Assembly (NCBI RefSeq): GCF_006345805.1
Contig: NC_043019.1
Coordinates: 17,731,360 to 17,795,359 of the forward strand
Length of the DNA stretch: 64,000 bases
From: Octopus sinensis
Lineage: Eukaryota
Direction of reading: 5' to 3'
Below the pieces are notes generated by a model. The model saw only the letters and a program-made list of their open reading frames with translations. It ran no database searches and was not told the origin of the DNA. The first letter of the stretch is position 1. Each line of letters starts with the position of its first letter. The position numbers and the translations under genes were made by a program. This document shows positions 12,900-26,950 of this stretch, piece after piece.

Positions 12900-13812
12900 C
12901 GTGTGTCAGTACGTGTACGAGCCCGCCTATTTTTTTAATTTTTATCTCTCACATTAAGTTCTGCTCTAATTGTAATCTACACACCCTGAAAGCTATTTTA
13001 TAAAAAAATCTCATTAAAAAAAGTACCCATTTTTTCTGAAAGTTATGAGTAAAGAAAGCCGCCTTGTGTGAATTTTCCGAAACACCTCACCTCACCCACG
13101 AAAAAAAATTTTTCCACTGCATGTCTGGGTATAATCAGAATCTATACCATCTGAAGCATATTTGCAGAAAAGTTCATAAAAAATATTCATCTTGCGAGGC
13201 AAGTTACGAGGCAACAAAGTCGGGTGGGATGAGGAGGAGGAAGGGGTACACCTGTGGAGGCATGTCCATATTGATTGCTGTTTACCTGCGGCACCTACCT
13301 GTACAGTAACAACATAATGTTTGTAGTTGCCTACTGACCTTCAATACATTGGCTATACAAGGAGAGTGGAGGCGCAATGGCCCAGTGGTTAGGGCAGCGG
13401 ACTCGCGGTCATAGGATCGCGGTTTCGATTCCCAGACCAGGCGTTGTGAGTGTTTATTGAGCGAAAACACCTAAATAAGCTCCATGAGGCTCCGACAGGG
13501 GGTGGTGGTGATCCCTGCTTTACTCTTTCACCACAACTTTCTCTCACTCTTACTTCCTGTTTCTGTTGTACCTGTATTTCAAAGGGCCGGCCTTGTCACT
13601 CTCTGTGTCACGCTGAATATCCCCAAAAACTACGTTGCACTACGTTAAGGTTGCACGTGTCTGTTTACCTGGAAATTTATGCGATTATGGTTAATAGTTG
13701 GCGAACTTAAGTCTTTTATAATTTCATTCACATCATAGATGATTTCTTGGAATATTAAATCGATCACCTAACGTTTGTTATTTTTTTCTCATCGCAAATT
13801 GGTATAATAATG

Positions 13813-14200
13813 TGGAAGCACTCCGTCGGTTACGACGACGAGGGTTCCGGTTGATCCGAATCAACGGAACAGCCTGCTCGTGAAATTAACGTGTAAGTGG
13901 CTGAGCACTCCACAGACACACGCACCCTTAACGTAGTTCTCGGGGATATTCAGCGTGACACAGAGAGTGACAAGGCCGGCCCCTTGAAATACAGGTACAA
14001 CAGAAACAGGAAGTAAGAGTGAGAGAGAAAGTTGTGGTGAAAGAGTACAGCAGGGATCACCACCATCCCCTGCCGGAGCCTCGTGGAGCTTTTAGGTGTT
14101 TTCGCTCAATAAACACTCACAACGCCTGGTCTGGGAATCGAAACCGCGATCCTATGACCGCGAGTCCACTGCCCTAACCACTGGGCCATTGCGCCTCCAC
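13813..14200 (-). mobile_element. tRNA-derived SINE family 3 (gtggaggcgcaatggcccagtggttagggc head), full copy
   Basis: A/B boxes in the head. Copies at 13366-13665+, 15191-15565+, 26955-27166-, 28354-28520+ and 43120-43397+. Confidence 0.88.
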
Positions 14201-15699
14201 TGGTAAATAATAGCGTTTGTTAGCAACAAGTTTAACGCTTTAGTTTAACCCAAGTTTCTAACCTTACTAACAACTAAATTTCTGATAGAAATAACAAAAC
14301 TTTTTTTCTTTTTTATTTATAAATATCATTGAAATATATACACATGTACGTGCGTTTTCTTCTGTCTTTAATTAGTTGAAATCTTGCCTAGAGGAAGTTT
14401 CCAACATAGATACAAAGCCCCGTCGTTTGAATGTGGTTAACAGAAGTAAATCCACATTTTAAACTTGCCTATTTTACTCTCTCCTCTCATTTATTTATTA
14501 TGTTTGATATAAAGATTGTTCAAAGTAACAAACAAATAATGGTCCTTGTTTACGGAGTTTATCTGGTAAAATTTTCTAATACCACCCGCACGATTTTTAC
14601 TAAGAAAAAGAAAAACTTGGATTTTTTGCGTGGAATCAAGTACCCTGACCTCGTAATATGCTGCAAATTCCATATATTGGTCCGGAAGGGAGGGTTGGGG
14701 GGCATCCCTACCCCCGGAATTTTCACTAAGAAAAAGAAAAACTCGGATTTTAAAAGGGGAGGAGGCATTGGGGGAGGTGATGATGAAACGGTTATAGTGA
14801 GACGGATATAGGTGTCTTACTGAAGAAGAAGTACAAGGTTACCCAGCCGGAGAGAGAAAGATCAGGGGTGAAGACAGAAACAGATGTGCTACTGCAAAGA
14901 AAATACATGGTTGCCCAACCTGAGAGAAGTGTAGGAGAAGGAGAGAGAGAGTGGGAGGCTGCAGGATGGAGATGGTGGCCAAATGCCAGGCATGCTCACA
15001 AGGGATGGGGATTAATATATATATATAGCATCATTTTATTCCATTTCAACTTGCATTTCTACCATGTCTTAGAGTCAAAGTATCTTGAAGAGCTGTCATT
15101 GCCTCTTTGCTGTTATGGGCCAGTTCACTTTAGTACTGTCCTGAAAATACTTATACCCTCTCCTTTGTGTTATTTTGTATGTCTCATTTTGTGGAGGCAC
15201 AATGGCCCAGTGGTTAGGGCAGCGTTCTCGCGGTTTTGATTCCCAGACTGGGTGTTGTGAGTGTTTATTGAGCGAAAACACCTAAAAAAGCTCCACGAGG
15301 CTCCGGCAGGGGATGGTGGTGATCCCTGCTGCACTCTTTCACCACAACTTTCTCTCACTCTTATTTCCTGTTTCTGTTGTACCTGTATTTCAAAAGGGCC
15401 GGCCTTGTCACTCTCTGTGTCACGCTGAATATCCCCGAGAACTACGTTAAGAGTACATGTGTCTGTGGAGTGCTCAGCCACTTACACGTTAATTTCACGA
15501 GCAGGCTGTTCCGTTGATTCGGATCAACCGGAACCCTCATCGTCGTAACCGACGGAGTGTTTCCATACAAGGAGAGGACCAAAAAAAAATATATGGTATG
15601 CCTGTTGGCATACTTCTGTGCAAACCTTTTTTTCAGATGTGGAATGCTTTCTTCCATTCCCCGGTTCCTTTTTGTCACTCTTCCACACATCTGGGTTTG

Positions 15700-17460
15700 G
15701 ATCACTCAACATAGGTACATTTGGAGGCAGGTCTGGTAAGATTGTTGAGATGCTTGAATGGAGGTGTATAGATGTGAGTTGCATTCAAAATGCAAGATGG
15801 AAGGGAGAATTTTCCAGGTTCCTCACTGGCAAAAAGCATCATCATCATCATCATTTAATGTCCGTTCTCCATGCTAGTACGGGTTGGACGGTTCGACCGG
15901 GATCTGGAAAGCCAGGAGGCTGCACCAGGCTCCAGTCTGATCTGGCAGTGTTTCTACAGCTGGATGCCCTTCCTAACGCCAACCACTCCGTGAGTGTAGT
16001 GGGTGATTTTTATGTGCCACTGGCACAGAGGCCAGTCAAGGCGGTGCTGGCATTGGCCATGTTCAGATGGTGCTTTTACGTGCCATCGGCACGGGTATCG
16101 CAATTACATTTTCCGTTTGATTTTGATTTTGATGTTAATGAACTTGACTCAATAGGTCTCCTCAAGCACAGCAGGTCACCCTTCGATCCAAGGTAAGCAC
16201 AGCAGGTTGTCCTACGATCAAAGGTACTTTGAATGGGCTGGGGCTGGTTATGCAAAACTGGTATAGGGTACAGCTGTGAACTCACTTTATTTGTCGGCTC
16301 TTTACAGTCACAGCATTACTCCAGAGGTCTCGGTCTTTCATCATAGCCTCTGTGAGGCCCAATGTTCGAAGCTCATGCTGACCACCTCAACCCATGTCTT
16401 CCCGTGTCTACCTCTACCATGGATTCCTTCAACTGTTTGGGAGTAGCACTTCTTCACACATCTCTCCTCATCCATCCATAGTACATGACCATACCAGTGC
16501 AAATATCTCTCTTGCACTCCAAATCTGATGCTTCTTATGTCCAACATTTCTCTCAGGGTGCCTACACTCTGTCGTGTGTGCACACTGCCATTACACATCC
16601 AGTGGATCATGCTAGCTTCATTTCTTTCGAGCCTACACATGTCCTCTGCAGTCATGGCCCATGTTTCACTGCCATGAAGCATGACAGTTCACACACATGC
16701 GTCATACAATCTACCTTTCACTCTGAATGAGAGGCCCTTTGTCACCAGTAGGGGTAGAAGCTTTCTAAACTTTGCCCAGGCTATTCTTATTCTAGTGGTA
16801 ACACTCTCTGAGCATCCACCTCCACTACTAACTTGGTCACCTAGGTAGCGGAAGCTATCAACTACTTCTAATTTCTCCCACTGGAGTGTAATGGAATCTG
16901 TTTTTTGAGCATCTGTGGTGTTTATTGCCCCTGTGCATCTGCCACACATGAAAGCTATCTTCTCAGTTAATCTTCCTTTCATGTTGCTGCACCTCTTATG
17001 TGTCCATAGCTTACACTGGGTACATCTTATGGAGTTTCTACCTACATAGGTATAAAATCTTCTGGGTCAGTAACAATAATTGGGTTAATGGTGTGGACAT
17101 ACATATTGCTGAGAAATTGGTGGCTAAAGTGATTGAGGGTGTCAGAATGTGTCAGACTAGTTTTGCAAAATAGTACAGAAACAATTACTTCTGCCTACTC
17201 CCCCCTTAAGCAGAGCTGTCAGGCAAACAAAGGGATCGATTTTATGACACCCTTTTGCCCACTACCTCAATGACAAAGGACAGTAACCTTATCTTTGAGG
17301 CTAATGATTTCAATGGGTATGTTGGACAGCATCTGGGTGGCTTCTGTAGTGTGCATGGAAGCTATGGAGCTGGTTCCTGCAATGAGGAAGAACTAGGCTA
17401 TTGGAGTTCTGTGATGCAAATGTCCTAATAATCTACAAGAAACCAGGTAGTCCAGCACCT
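15700..17460 (+). mobile_element. Older RTE LINE apurinic endonuclease remnant, split by the 15837-17044 insertion
   Basis: 15700-15836 reads LNIGTFGGRSGKIVEMLEWRCIDVSCIQNARWKG...LTGK; 17045-17460 continues with YKIFW...SAY...DFNGYVG. Confidence 0.7.
15837..17044 (-). mobile_element. 5'-truncated RTE-clade LINE including full 3' UTR and (GAT)n tail
   Basis: EVVDSFRYLGD...RIRIAWAKFRKL...KGRLYDACV and LHGSETW...WYGHV...GRGR motifs; the 3' UTR is the dispersed (GAT)n-tailed repeat. Confidence 0.9.
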
Positions 17461-20355
17461 TTCCTACACATTGAGTAGAACCATTTACCTGACTGAAAGA
17501 GAGTCTTGTTCCACCATTATGTCACCTTCAGCCTGACCAGGACTTTGCACCAGCCACAAATTTGGGCTGTAGCCCTCAGTAGGTTGTCCTTCAGGAACTT
17601 CCAGTTTTCCTCTAAGCTATGTTTCCAACTCCTCCTCTTTCTTGCCAGAAGCTTCCATTACAGAAGTTTCCATTAAAGGTGGCGAGCTGGCAGAAACATT
17701 AGCATAAAATGCTTAGCGGTATTTCGTCTGAGTTCAAATTCCGCCGAGGTTGACTTTGCCTTTCATCCTTTCAGGGTCGATTAAATAAGTACCAGTTATG
17801 CACTGGGGTCGATGTAATCGACTTAATCCCTTTGTCTGTCCTTGTTTGTCCCCTCTCTGTGTAGCCCCTTGAGGGCAGTAAAGAAATAAGAAGCTTCCAT
17901 TACAATATCTTTAAATTCCTGTTGATTTGCTGTACCTTTGGCCTTCCATAACCTCCTTCTCCAGATTGTTTTTTTTTCTCTGATCCCTTCTAGCTCTAAT
18001 CCAGAGGTCACTCACCAGTAATCTATGTTGGGGTTGTACATTTTTCACTTAAGAAGGACTTTGCATTTACAATTGTCTCTCTGTCTCATTGTCTAGTGAA
18101 GATGTAATCAATCTGGTTTGTGTGCCCACCACACTGATAGGTAATCAGCTAGTTTGCTGGTTTTCTGAAATTAGTGTTGCAGGCCATCAGATCATTCGCA
18201 GGACTGCAGCAGCCTTCTTCCCTCCTCATTTCTAGAGCCAAAGCCATAACCCCCATGCGCACCATGCGATCCATTGTAGTACTGCCTAACATGTTCATTG
18301 AAGTCACTAGCCACAATATTTATATATATGTCTTTATTGCCCACAAAGAGCTAAACACAGAGGGGACAAACAAGGACAGACAAAGGGATTAAGTCGATTA
18401 CATCGACCCCAGTGCGAAACTGGTACTTAATTTATCGACCCCGAAAGGATGAAAGGCAAAGTCAACCTCGGCGGAATTTGAACTCAGAACGTAACGGCAG
18501 ATGAAATACCCATTTCTTTACTACCCACAAGGGGCTAAACACAGAGGGGACAAACAAGGACAGACAAAGGGATTAAGTCGATTACATTGACCCCAGTGCG
18601 AAACTGGTACTTAATTTATCGACCCCCGAAAGGATGAAAGGCAAAGTCGACCTCGGCGGAATTTGAACCATTAGCCACAATAACTAAGTGTCTGTTATTT
18701 GTCATTGAGGTAATGTACAAAAGGACCCCGTAAAGTTGATCCTTCTGTTCACCTGGCTGCCCAGACTATGGAGCAGAGGCAGAGATTAATGTAACTGTTG
18801 ATTTATTTAAGATTAATCTCAGCTTCACTACCCTCTCTTTTTTTTTTTTTTTTTTTACTTGTTTCAGTCATTTGACTGCGGCCATGCTGGAGCACCGCCT
18901 TTAGTCGAGCAAATCGACCCCGGGACTTATTCTTTGTAAGCCCAGTACTTATTCTATCGGTCTCTTTTGCCGAACCGCTAAGTGACGGGGACGTAAACAC
19001 ACCAGCATCGGTTGTCAAGCAATGCTAGGGGGACAAACACAGACACACAAACACACACACACATATATATATATACATATATACGACAGGCTTCTTTCAG
19101 TTTCCGTGTTAAATATTCTGAATAGTGTCTCAGATGGAACTGAAATATTGTTTTTTATTCTTCTTGTTTTTTTCCTTCTCCTTTCACTCTCTCCCTTTCT
19201 ATTTGTCTCTCTACATAACATGTGTTTGTACACATGTTATGGAGGTGTGTGTGTGTGTGTGTGTATGTATGTACATAAATGTGTGTGTATGTGATTTTAG
19301 ATGTGTCAACAGTTAATGCATACGTATACATATTCTTGCATTACCAACCAGACCAAGAGACAACCTAGTATACAAGCCTCGCTCTAGATTCATAAATTAT
19401 TGAAAATTTCTTATCAGTGGAAATGAACAGTGTATGTATACATGTGTGCAGGTACTTGAAATTACACAGCCTTTCATGTACATGTATGTGTATATGTGTG
19501 AGCAAGAATATCTGCTTGACCTTTTTCTGCCTCTAACTCCTCTACTACTTATCACTGTCAACTTGGTACTTTTGTTGACTAAGGACAGTTTAGGAGCTGA
19601 TTTTATTCTCTTCCCCAGACACCCTGTCTGCACTTATAGCAAGTATATCTCTCCTTCCCTCACTCACTTTTTTTGTTTTATCTCATCAATAAAATTTCTT
19701 TCTTTAATCACTATATATAGAAAATTCTAAAGAATATATTTGCATCTCTCAACTTGGATCTGCTTACCAACTGACGTTGGTAACCAAATATGGATGGAAT
19801 TAATTTTTTTCTGATGACTTGGCATTATAGAGTGATTATGCAACCATCTATGGAACAATTAACATGTAATATACTAGTAAGTGCTTGTGAAACACATATA
19901 GAGATTATGTAATTTGAGATGGTATAATAAAAAAAATTTTGTAACTGAATCTCCAGTTTTATTCTGCTCTTGGATGTACACTCTGTGATCTATTCAAATG
20001 TACACAACACCAGGCAATAGTCTGTGGACAAATTGTGTTGGAAACCTGATTGGAATTTGGATAAGCTTGGATTTTCATGAAGTTCTAAGGCTTAGAATCT
20101 AAGCAAAGCTTAACTGTTATACCATCTCATTTGAAACATCCATTTTTCAACACACATGTACACATGCATGTGTGTGCACGCACACACACACACACATTCA
20201 TCGTCATCATCATCATCATTTAACATCCCATCTTCCATGCTGTTAAGCGTTAGGAAGTTCAACAGGAACTAACAAGCCAAAGGGCTGCACCAAACCTCAA
20301 GGGCTTGATGTCCTTATTAACACCATCCACTTCTCAGTGTGTAATGGATGGTTTT

Positions 20356-20730
20356 TTACCTCCGCCAAGGAAGGAGGTTATGTTTTCATCAGTGTTGGTT
20401 GTCCGTCTGTGTGCAAAATAACTTAAAAAGTTGTGAATGGTATTCAATGAAACTTGCAGAAAAAGTTGGCAATGACACAAGGAACAGATGATGAAATTGT
20501 GGTAGTAATCTGGGAATTTTTATAGATTCTTGAAGGAGTTTTCAATTGTTATATTTACTTTACATGAAGTATTAAAATGTTACGTTCTTTGATTATCTCC
20601 CTTGAAAACACGTTCTTTGTTCCACTTAACCTATGGCGGCGTTGCTGTCTCCAAAGTTTATTTTTGTTTCTCTATTAGTAATTTTACTCACGTATCCATC
20701 TTAAAATGAGCTGCTTGGCGGAGGTCTTTA
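20356..20730 (+). mobile_element. DINE-1/HINE-like (Helentron-associated) non-autonomous element
   Basis: Subterminal inverted repeats acctccgccaag / cttggcggaggt, ggaggttatgtttt start, gtccgtctgt microsatellite and a T-rich target; this matches the described HINE architecture. Confidence 0.7.
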
Positions 20731-20739
20731 TGGTGATCA

Positions 20740-21330
20740 ATGTGATCGTCTTGAAGTCGGTCTTCACCACTCGTCCCACATTTTCTTGGTCCTTCCTCTT
20801 CCCCAGGCTCCTTCCACATTTAGCAATTGCCTCTTCTTTTTACAGCAATCCTAACTTATTTGCATCCCATGACCACCCCAATGCAATATTCTCTCTTTCA
20901 CACTACACCTGATGTCTTTTATGCCTAATTTTCCTCTCAACACACATTTGTACTTTATTGTACCTGCACATGGACGTTGTACACCCAATGGAGCATACCA
21001 GCTTCATTTCTTTCTAGACTTTACATGTCTTTTGTATTCACAACCCGCATTTCCCTACCATGTAACATTGTCGTTTGTACACAAACATTGAACAGTTGGT
21101 CTTTAACCCTGACAAAAGTTTTTCTTACCAACAGAGATAATCGTTCTCTGAACTTTCTCCGGCCAGTTCTGTTTTAGCAATTATACTTTCAGTGCCTAGC
21201 TGCTAAGTAGGTCTCCTAAGTAGTAGAAACCATCTGCTTTCTCTAAAGATCCTCCTAGTCATTCCAGGAAATCTATTACTCATGGGGTTTCACCATTGAT
21301 GTCAATAACTTTTCTCTGTATGACTTTATT
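20740..21330 (-). mobile_element. Decayed RTE LINE RT C-terminal fragment
   Basis: Degenerate W.GH...GRGRPRKMWD motif; a similar fragment lies at about 53960-55060. Confidence 0.55.
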
Positions 21331-21383
21331 TGATTTTGTAAATGAACAATCTGATGTGTTTATTTTTATGGCCTTTCAATGTA

Positions 21384-22630
21384 CAGGGGTTGGACAAAAT
21401 AATGGAAACACCTTAAAATTTCAAACAAATTTATTTTAATACAGGGTAGGACCACCTTTGGCAGTAATTACAGTTTGAATTCTATGAGGTATGGACTAGT
21501 ATAAAATTTGAATTGTTTCCAAAGGAATTTTTGTCCATTCTTCAGCTAAAACAGTCTCCAGTTCTTTTAGTTATGATGGTGGAGGATATTAACTCCTTAC
21601 TCGTTTTTCTAAAATGCACCATGAATGTTCAATAATATTGAGATCTGGGGACTGTGGTGGCCAGATAAGATGTTCGACTTCACTGGAATGTTGCTCGTGT
21701 GAATTGGTGCATTATCATCCTGAAAGATTGCATTTCCCTCCGAAAACAGTTCCTCAACCATAGGATGAATTTGATCAGATAAAATGCTTAAATAGTCTTG
21801 ACTATTAATTCTGCCATGAAGGGAAATCATTGGTCTAGCAGATTTTCACGATATAGCACCCCACCCCAGATCATCACAGATCCTCCTCCATATTTAACAG
21901 TTGAAAGAAGGCAGTCTGGATCAAATGCTTCATTTGGCTGTCTCCACATGTATACTCAGCTGGTGGTCAGAAATAAGGTTAAGGATGGCTCGACCAAGAA
22001 AATAACATTCTTCCACTGTTCTAGGGACCAATTCTGTAGGTTTTTACTTCACTCTAAACGCTTTGCAACGTTTTTGAAAGCAGTGGTTTTCTTATTGCAG
22101 CCTTCCCATGAAATCCAGTTTCATGCAGCTCCTGGTGAACAGTTTTTGAGGAAATTGGGTTCTGGAGGTGGTCATTAAGCTCTGCAGTAATTTTGGGAGC
22201 TGTACTTTTGTGATCCTTTCTAACAATTTGCATAGGAGTCCGATGGTTCCTATCCAAAAGTTTTGGTTTTCTTCCGGAGTTTTGTTTTGATGAGAAGGTT
22301 TTTTTCCCTCTCTCTCTCAAAGGCTGTCATTACTTTCGAGACAGTACTTTTTGATACACAAAACATTTCGGCTGTTTTTGTTATGCTAGCACCTGCCATA
22401 TGAGTACCAACAATTCGACCTCTTTGAAAGTCTGAATTTTAATTTCCTTTCTCTGACACGTAGGTTAAAGAAACTCTGCAAAGAAAGAGCAATTTTAGCA
22501 AAACATATTAAGCAACACTAATAATAAATCAATAAAACATAAAAATAAACAAGCTTTTGATGGTTTTATAGATATTTCAAAATCATGATGCTTTGATGCT
22601 AGGTGTTTCCATTATTTTGTCCAACCTCTG
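21384..22630 (-). mobile_element. Decayed Tc1 transposon
   Basis: About 30-bp TIRs caggggttggacaaaataatggaaacacct / aggtgtttccattattttgtccaacctctg with TA at the left. Transposase remnants SGRKPKL...TAPKITAEL...GFHGKAAIRKPLLS and GRINSQDYLSIL...IFQDDNAPIH; frameshifted. Confidence 0.92.
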
Positions 22631-22699
22631 TGTATAGGGAGTTTCTTTAACCTACGTGTCAGGAAGACACTTGGCAAGAAATAGAAACAAAACTGAAAT

Positions 22700-25136
22700 A
22701 ATAATAATAATAATTGCAACAAAATAAAAATAATAAATGCTTTGAGGCCCTAACATCTCAACCATTGTTGGAATTTTACTTTGTCTGTTTCTTTCCAAGT
22801 ATTTGTGATGTAAGGGCTTTTCTTGCCATTGTTTTATCCTAATATTTTGTGGTTCCCATTTCAGCTTAGATTTTAGTTGCTTGGCAGCTTTTGCTGTTCC
22901 TTCTTTTTCTTCATAGTTTTCTAAGTATTATGACCTTTTTTTTGTATTTCTCACTTACCTTGAAGACCTAAAATAGTTTTTTGTTTCGCTCATACTTAGT
23001 GGTTATTTGTATCAGTTTCCCTTGGTTCTGAGTTAGATTTTTCTGTAATCCTATGGTGTTTATTTCATAGTAGTTTTCTAGTTGTATAAGGCCTCTACCA
23101 CCTTTAATTCATTGTATTGGGTTGTCTGGAAAGTTCGTGCCAATTTTTAAAGGAAAGAAATAAGGTCAATAAATACTTGCCATTACATTTTTAATCAACC
23201 ATATATGAACCATTTTGTTGCACAATGCGTCTCCATCTTTCCTTTAACTTGAAAACATCCTCTTCCCAGAATTGAGGTGGTTTCGTGGCAAAGAATTCAT
23301 CAAGGTATCTTTTTACGTCATCCAAGGAATTGAAATTTTTACTATTAAGACTATTCTGCACAGACCTGAATCAGTGGAAATCCGTAGGAGCAATATCTGG
23401 TGAATATGGAGGGTGGAGTAACTCATCCCAGCCGAGCTGCAGCAATTTTTGTCTGGTTCCCAAAGCATCAAGTGCCGAAAATGAACTTTCTTATCTACCA
23501 TTTTAAAGGGTTACAGAATTAACACAGGTTATAGGAACATAAACCTTCTTCCACGAAAAGATAGCTTAAACTGTGCTCTAAATGAAGGTGTAGTCAAATC
23601 CTATTTTATAGACTCAACCATGTTCTAAAATAAGTCGAAAGGTAAGCTACTATAAATTGGCACGAATTTTCCGAACAACCCGATATATATAACCTTTCTA
23701 TGTCAGATCTCATGTGGTGTATTCTAAATTCTGACGTTATTTTCTTTGTTTTCCTGTCTAGTTTCGCTCGTTTGTTTAGTGTCCAATTAAAAATATTGTA
23801 ACTTGTAACTGGGACAGCTAGAGTATTGATATCTGCTTCCATATTCTCTAATCTAACTCATCAATAATGTTCTTCCCTTATCTCCTCTTTCATGTGTGTG
23901 TGTGTGTGTGTATTTTGTACTCTATCTAGTTCATTGATTCTTAAGTATTCATATGCCTGAATTTGATTTAGTTCTCTTATCTCATTTTCTTTATCTAGTG
24001 TGATATTGTTATTCTTAAATAGTTTTTATCTTTCTAAGGTTGCTTTGACATGTTTTTCTTAACTGAATTTCATATTTATTTCTTGGGTAAATCCATGCAC
24101 TGTTTGTAAATCTATGCTCTGTTTCCAGGCAGTATGCAACTTGAAAAAAATCCATAAACGAGAGATGGTTGATTGTTTTACCATAGCAGTTGCACCCACA
24201 TTTAGTTCTATTTAGCATGTCAGTTAAAGGTGTCAGTGTCAGACAGAAAAGAAGTGGAAAGAGCAAGCCTCTTTAGTATATTCCTCTTCTAATGGGGATG
24301 GCTTTAGTTTTATTATTATTTTTTTTTCTTCCCTTCTTTCTTCAAATTTTCTTCCATTTCTCGCTGAGTGTTTTCCGTACACCTAGGGCAGAGAAGCTCA
24401 TTGTATGCATTCCCAGATTACACATGCAAATTCATAGGTAAAATATGTATTTAAAAAATTAATAAATAAATAAATTCATGAATGGATGTTATTTTCACAG
24501 TGATAATGCTCTTCTCAAGTACATGAGTCATTCCAGTTAACACAATTTTTTGCACTTCCTGTAGGGATGGTAAGCCTGGTATCATTTTCAAATAGGTTTC
24601 AGTACCTCTATCCTAGAGATCCTACAATCACTGGTACTGTAGTCGCCTTGAGATGCTACATTTTTTCAATTTCTATTAGCAGGTCTTTATATTTACTAAT
24701 CTTATCAAATTCTTTCGCCGCTATATTGTGATCGCAAGGAATCATCATCATCATCATTTAACGTCCGCTTTCCATGCTGGCATGGGTTGGACAGTTCAAC
24801 TGGGGTCTGGGAAGCCAGGAGGTTGCACCAGGCCCAGTCTGATCTGGCAGTGTTTCTACAGCTGGATGCCCTTCCTAACGCCAACCACTCCGTGAGTGTA
24901 GTGGGTGCTTTTTATGTGCCAGACGAGGCTGGCAAACGGCCATGATCGGATGGTGCTTTTTACGTGCCACCGGAATATTCATGTCAATTAATAAACACAC
25001 CTTTTTTGTCTGATCTTTTATAATAATATCCAGTTTATTAGCTTTTATAGTTTTGTTAGTATGCATGGGGAAGTCCCAGAGAATCGACACATTTTCTCCC
25101 TCAGTCACAGCTTCAGGATGGTGTTTATACCATTTG

Positions 25137-25184
<48 letters not shown>

Positions 25185-26518
25185 AAGGTGGTGAGCTGGC
25201 AAAATCGGATGAAATGCTTAGTGGTATTCTTCACGTTCTGAGTGCAAACACTGCTGGGGTTGACTTTACCTTTCACCCTTTTGGAGTTGATAAATTAAGT
25301 ACCAGTTACACAGTAGGGTCAATGTAATTGGCTGATCCCCTCCCCCCAAATTTCAGGCCTTGTGCCTATAGTAGAAAGGATTATTATTATTATTATTATT
25401 ATTATTTAAGACAATGTACAATATCCAATATCATGATGTTGTTGATTGAAGATATTGTGTCTACCGTGGGTTTGTACTGTTTGTCAAGTCACAACAAGGA
25501 CCACAAACAGACAGTACTTTACGCAATATGCTTGCAGTTCCAAGTAATCTCTTTACTCTCTTTTACTTGTTTCAGTCATTTGACTGTGGCCATGCTGGAG
25601 CACCGCCTTTAATCGAGCAACTCGACCCCGGGACTTATTCTTTTTGTAAGCCCAGTACTTATTCTATCGGTCTCTTTTGCCGAACTGCTAAGTAACGGGG
25701 ACATAAACACACCAGCATCGGTTGTCAAGCAATGCTGGGGGGACAAACACAGACACACAAACACACACACGCATATATACATATATACGACGGGCTTCTT
25801 TTCAGTTTCCGTCTACCAAATCCACTCACAAGGCTTTGGTCGGCCCGAGGCTATAGTGGAAGGCACTTGCCCAAGGTGCCACGCAGTGGGACTGAACCCG
25901 GAACCATGTGGTTGGTAAACAAGCTACTTACCACACAGCCACTCCTGCACCTAATGCCAATTTTTGCAATAAACCTAAATTGTAGTGTATTTCTGAAATC
26001 TCCAGATGTTTTCATGTGTGGTATTGAACCCATTGCCCTGATGCCAATAGGGATAATCTTTAACTTTTAACTCTCGTAGCTGCCACATTTTAGCGATCTC
26101 AATTCTCAGGTGTCCATATTTTCTTTTCCTTTCATGATAATATGTTGATCTCCTGGTGCTGCGATGTCGATTATTCGGCATTTTTGTTTCTCCCTCCTAA
26201 AGGTTAACATATCTGGCTTTTGGTGCTCTGACAACTTGTCTGTCTGAAAGTCAAAGTCCCGGAGGATTTTTGCCTTCCCCTTTTCGTCCATTACATTTTC
26301 CGGTGTATGTTGGTACCAAGCACCCTTTACCTCGTATCCATACTTCCGGCAGAGTAGCCAGTGAAACTTTTGGGCTACCTTGTACTGTCTGCACTTGTAC
26401 ACTTTTTGTGCAAGACTTTCACATGCACTAACAACGTGAGTCACGCTTTCGACCCTCTTTCCACACATTCTGCAGAGGTTCATTACATTTGTGTGTTATA
26501 TATCCCTTTTCACTATTA

Positions 26519-26550
<32 letters not shown>

Positions 26551-26950
26551 GAGTGAGAGAGCAGTGCATGCCATCAAAGTGACACTGGGGTAAAATATAC
26601 GAAGCCTGGTGTTACTTGGTCAGCATTTAACAAGGTGTAGAGTTGCACAGCTATTAATGCATGACATTCACCAAATCTTTTGATTCAGTTGCCTTGAACT
26701 CCATCTGGTTCCGGGGCCTTCCAGTTGCTCATTTTTTTTGCTGATTTCCTTCACTTCCCTAACTGAAATGAATAGTTCTGCCTGTTTTGGGCAGACTTCT
26801 GTTTGCTTCAGTTCTTGCAACCATTCAGCATCCTTCTTGTGCTCCTTGTCTTTGCTCCAGATGTCACTCCAAAACCTTTGACTTTCAATGTTATTTAGTA
26901 TGAACTTTTCTGTGGCGTATGTGTTTCCCCCAGCTGGACGGGACACCAGT
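22700..26950 (-). mobile_element. Fragments of R4/Dong-like (RLE-type) non-LTR retrotransposons, interrupted by younger insertions
   Basis: Pieces read LLFCLTLTPLT...INHLSFMD (RT); LCRMCGKRVESVTHVVSAC...WYQHTPE...DFDFQTD...KPD...IIDIA (CCHC finger plus PD-D endonuclease); ILWDFPMHTNKTIKANKLDII; WKAPGPDG-like. Probably more than one element. Confidence 0.75.
23116..23480 (-). mobile_element. Mariner transposase 3' fragment with one TIR
   Basis: Minus strand reads KLLQLGWDELLHPPYSPDIAPTDFH*FRS..., containing the mariner HPPYSPD motif; mariner-like end ttgggttgtctggaaagttcgtgcc. Confidence 0.8.

Noticed and set aside
13366-13440. tRNA-like sequence
   Set aside because: Head of a multi-copy SINE continuing into the SINE body; no complete cloverleaf acceptor stem.
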